Source of the DNA: Macrostomum hystrix
Lineage: Eukaryota > Animalia > Platyhelminthes
Assembly (NCBI GenBank): GCA_950097015.1
Contig: CATNEN010000003.1
Span: forward strand, 4,216,001-4,280,000
Direction of reading: 5' to 3'
Length of the DNA: 64,000 nt
In this document: in pieces, positions 62,336-64,000 of the stretch
Position numbering within the stretch: position 1 is the stretch's first letter
How the letters are laid out: every line of letters begins with the position of its first letter
The notes under the pieces: generated by a model
Told to the model about the DNA's origin: nothing
What the model saw: only the letters and a program-made list of their open reading frames with translations
Databases searched by the model: none
Position numbers and translations under genes: made by a program

Positions 62336-62679
62336 ATTCATTCTTTATTGATCACTTGAAAAAGATTTTTTATGTCATGCTAAATTTAATTGCTTATAGA
62401 ATGGACACATGGCATAGCCCATAAACCACTTTAGTTTGCCTTCATTTAGATCAATTGAGTGATAATTTTTTTAATTTTTAACTCATTGCATGTTTTTAAA
62501 ATTCCAACTTAAAAAAATAAATGTCATATTTGCTAGTATTATGTTAGCCTTGCCTTGATTTCCAAATCGGCAATACTTTGCTTTTAAACTAATAGTTTTT
62601 TTCCTTAAAAACAACAAAGAAGTAGGTAATTGTAACCTATTTTTACCAGTGCACAACTTTTCCCTGGATCTGGTTTCAT

Positions 62680-63044
62680 AGTGATAAAAAAAATAAAGAT
62701 TGCAGGACAGCTGCGGGCAATGGTACATTAAATGGTGACACTAGACCTGCAGCCAGCGAGGAGGCAATTCTGCCCATTTTGCTGACTCCTGAGCACACAG
62801 AGACCGTACGTAGGTACACGCTCACACAGGTGTGTACATCTATCTGCCCTGACTTTCTCATCGTCAAGCAGTGTACACTTCACTGTGCCTTGGAGGTTGG
62901 TCCTCAAGGCCGTAAATTGCACGACAAGTTCCCAAGCCTTCTCTCAGCGGCTGCGCCCCTATTTAGTGTGGCCTTGCCGCGGAATCGAGCTCAGGGACCT
63001 TGGTGTGAAAGGCAAACGCGTTAACCGCTCTGCCACTCACCCTC
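62680..63044 (-). mobile_element. Full-length tRNA-derived SINE (family B)
   Basis: Minus-strand head gggtgagtggcagagcggttaacgcg..gagctcgattcc; body shared with 52071-52361 and 42572-42705. Confidence 0.8.
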
Positions 63045-63292
63045 TTAGATCTGGTTAGTTTGACAGATCTCGCAGTCCATGGACAGAGATGTATTGGAAA
63101 GCGCTGCGAAATGGTTGCAGCTGTGCCACCGACTGTACGTTGCCTAAATAAAGCTAGCTGTCATATTATAAGTAGATGTTATTTACTAATACGTATTTTT
63201 AACTTTCCAGATTGGCTCGGAGATTCACTTGACAGCGCAATTTATTTAATCTTAAATCGAAGCAGTTTAATAAAAATACAGTTTAAGTTGCC

Positions 63293-64000
63293 ATGGGGCC
63301 AACAATAGTTGGCGCCGCCACTGCTTCACCGGCAATCACGCCGAGTGGTGCGTCTAGACAGCACCGACAGCCACATCCTGCTCATCATCAGCATCAGCAT
63401 CGCAGTTCTGTTCCCGTCGGTGGTTCCGGTAGATCGTCGTTAAGCGTGTCTCCAGCCGGTTCGTCGGCTTCGTCAGGCACCGGCGCTGCCGGGCAGAAAA
63501 AGCAACAGGAGAGCGGCCTGATTTGCCGGGTTCGCTACTGCAACAGCCTGCCAGACTTGCCGTTCGATCCGAAATTTCTAGCCTATCCATTTGAAGCCAA
63601 TAGATTTGTTAAGTACAATACTACTTCGCTAGAGAAGGAGTACAAGCATGAATTATTAACAGAGCTAGACTTGGGCATCGACATTGACTTGGTCAATCCT
63701 GACACTTATCGGACATCAGTGCTGGCCAAGCCAGAGCCTGAGGATGAGGCCCTCGTTGCTGACGAATCAGGTCCAGGCGGTCTTCAGAGAGCGTCGCGTC
63801 ACGACAAGATGAAAGCCTCCTGGCTGCGCAAGACTGAGTACATCTCTAACGAAGCTAATCGTCAGAATCAAGTGTTTAGCGACAAAATCGAATCCAAGAT
63901 CAATCTAAAGAATAAAGTGTTTAGCGAGGCTGAAGACATCTACAAGACCAAGGAAAAGCAGATTGAGGCTATCGAGAAGACTTTCGAAGCCACAAAGCGT
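63293..64000 (+). CDS. PAF1: RNA polymerase II-associated factor 1, 3'-truncated by the window (absent from the ORF track)
   Basis: Open frame from ATG 63293: MGPTI..SGLICRVRYCNSLPDLPFDPKFLAYPFEANRFVKYNTTSLEKEYKHELLTELDLGIDIDLVNPDTYR..SWLRKTEYIS..QIEAIEKTFE, the PAF1 signature. Confidence 0.95.
   Translation, partial: MGPTIVGAATASPAITPSGASRQHRQPHPAHHQHQHRSSVPVGGSGRSSLSVSPAGSSASSGTGAAGQKKQQESGLICRVRYCNSLPDLPFDPKFLAYPFEANRFVKYNTTSLEKEYKHELLTELDLGIDIDLVNPDTYRTSVLAKPEPEDEALVADESGPGGLQRASRHDKMKASWLRKTEYISNEANRQNQVFSDKIESKINLKNKVFSEAEDIYKTKEKQIEAIEKTFEATKR

Overview
Eukaryotic (invertebrate animal) genomic DNA with short AT-rich GT-AG introns; the organism cannot be fixed from sequence alone, though the style is reminiscent of a free-living flatworm such as Macrostomum (low confidence). 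Contents in order: (1) the 3' ~6,250 codons of a giant titin/twitchin-family Ig/Fn3 kinase gene (1-19884, +, 11 exons in the window); (2) two tandem stonustoxin (SNTX)-type MACPF/CDC pore-forming-protein genes (-), one ending in a CaaX box; (3) an RTE-like LINE relic; (4) a contiguous array of six different but related palindromic (hairpin) cassettes, the last carrying a decayed Crypton-type tyrosine-recombinase ORF (29832-31282), the most unusual structure here; (5) a calmodulin-like ORF; (6) an intact, very young, minimal Ty3/Gypsy LTR retrotransposon whose single ORF fills the whole inter-LTR region; (7) a 146-bp local copy of a PRDM13 exon piece; (8) a solitary replication-dependent histone H2A; (9) PRDM13; (10) a minisatellite/SINE/Tc1-rich tract; (11) RSPH3 (-), an adrenodoxin-type ferredoxin (+) and the 5' part of PAF1 (+). 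All family assignments come from motif recognition by eye; no database search was run.
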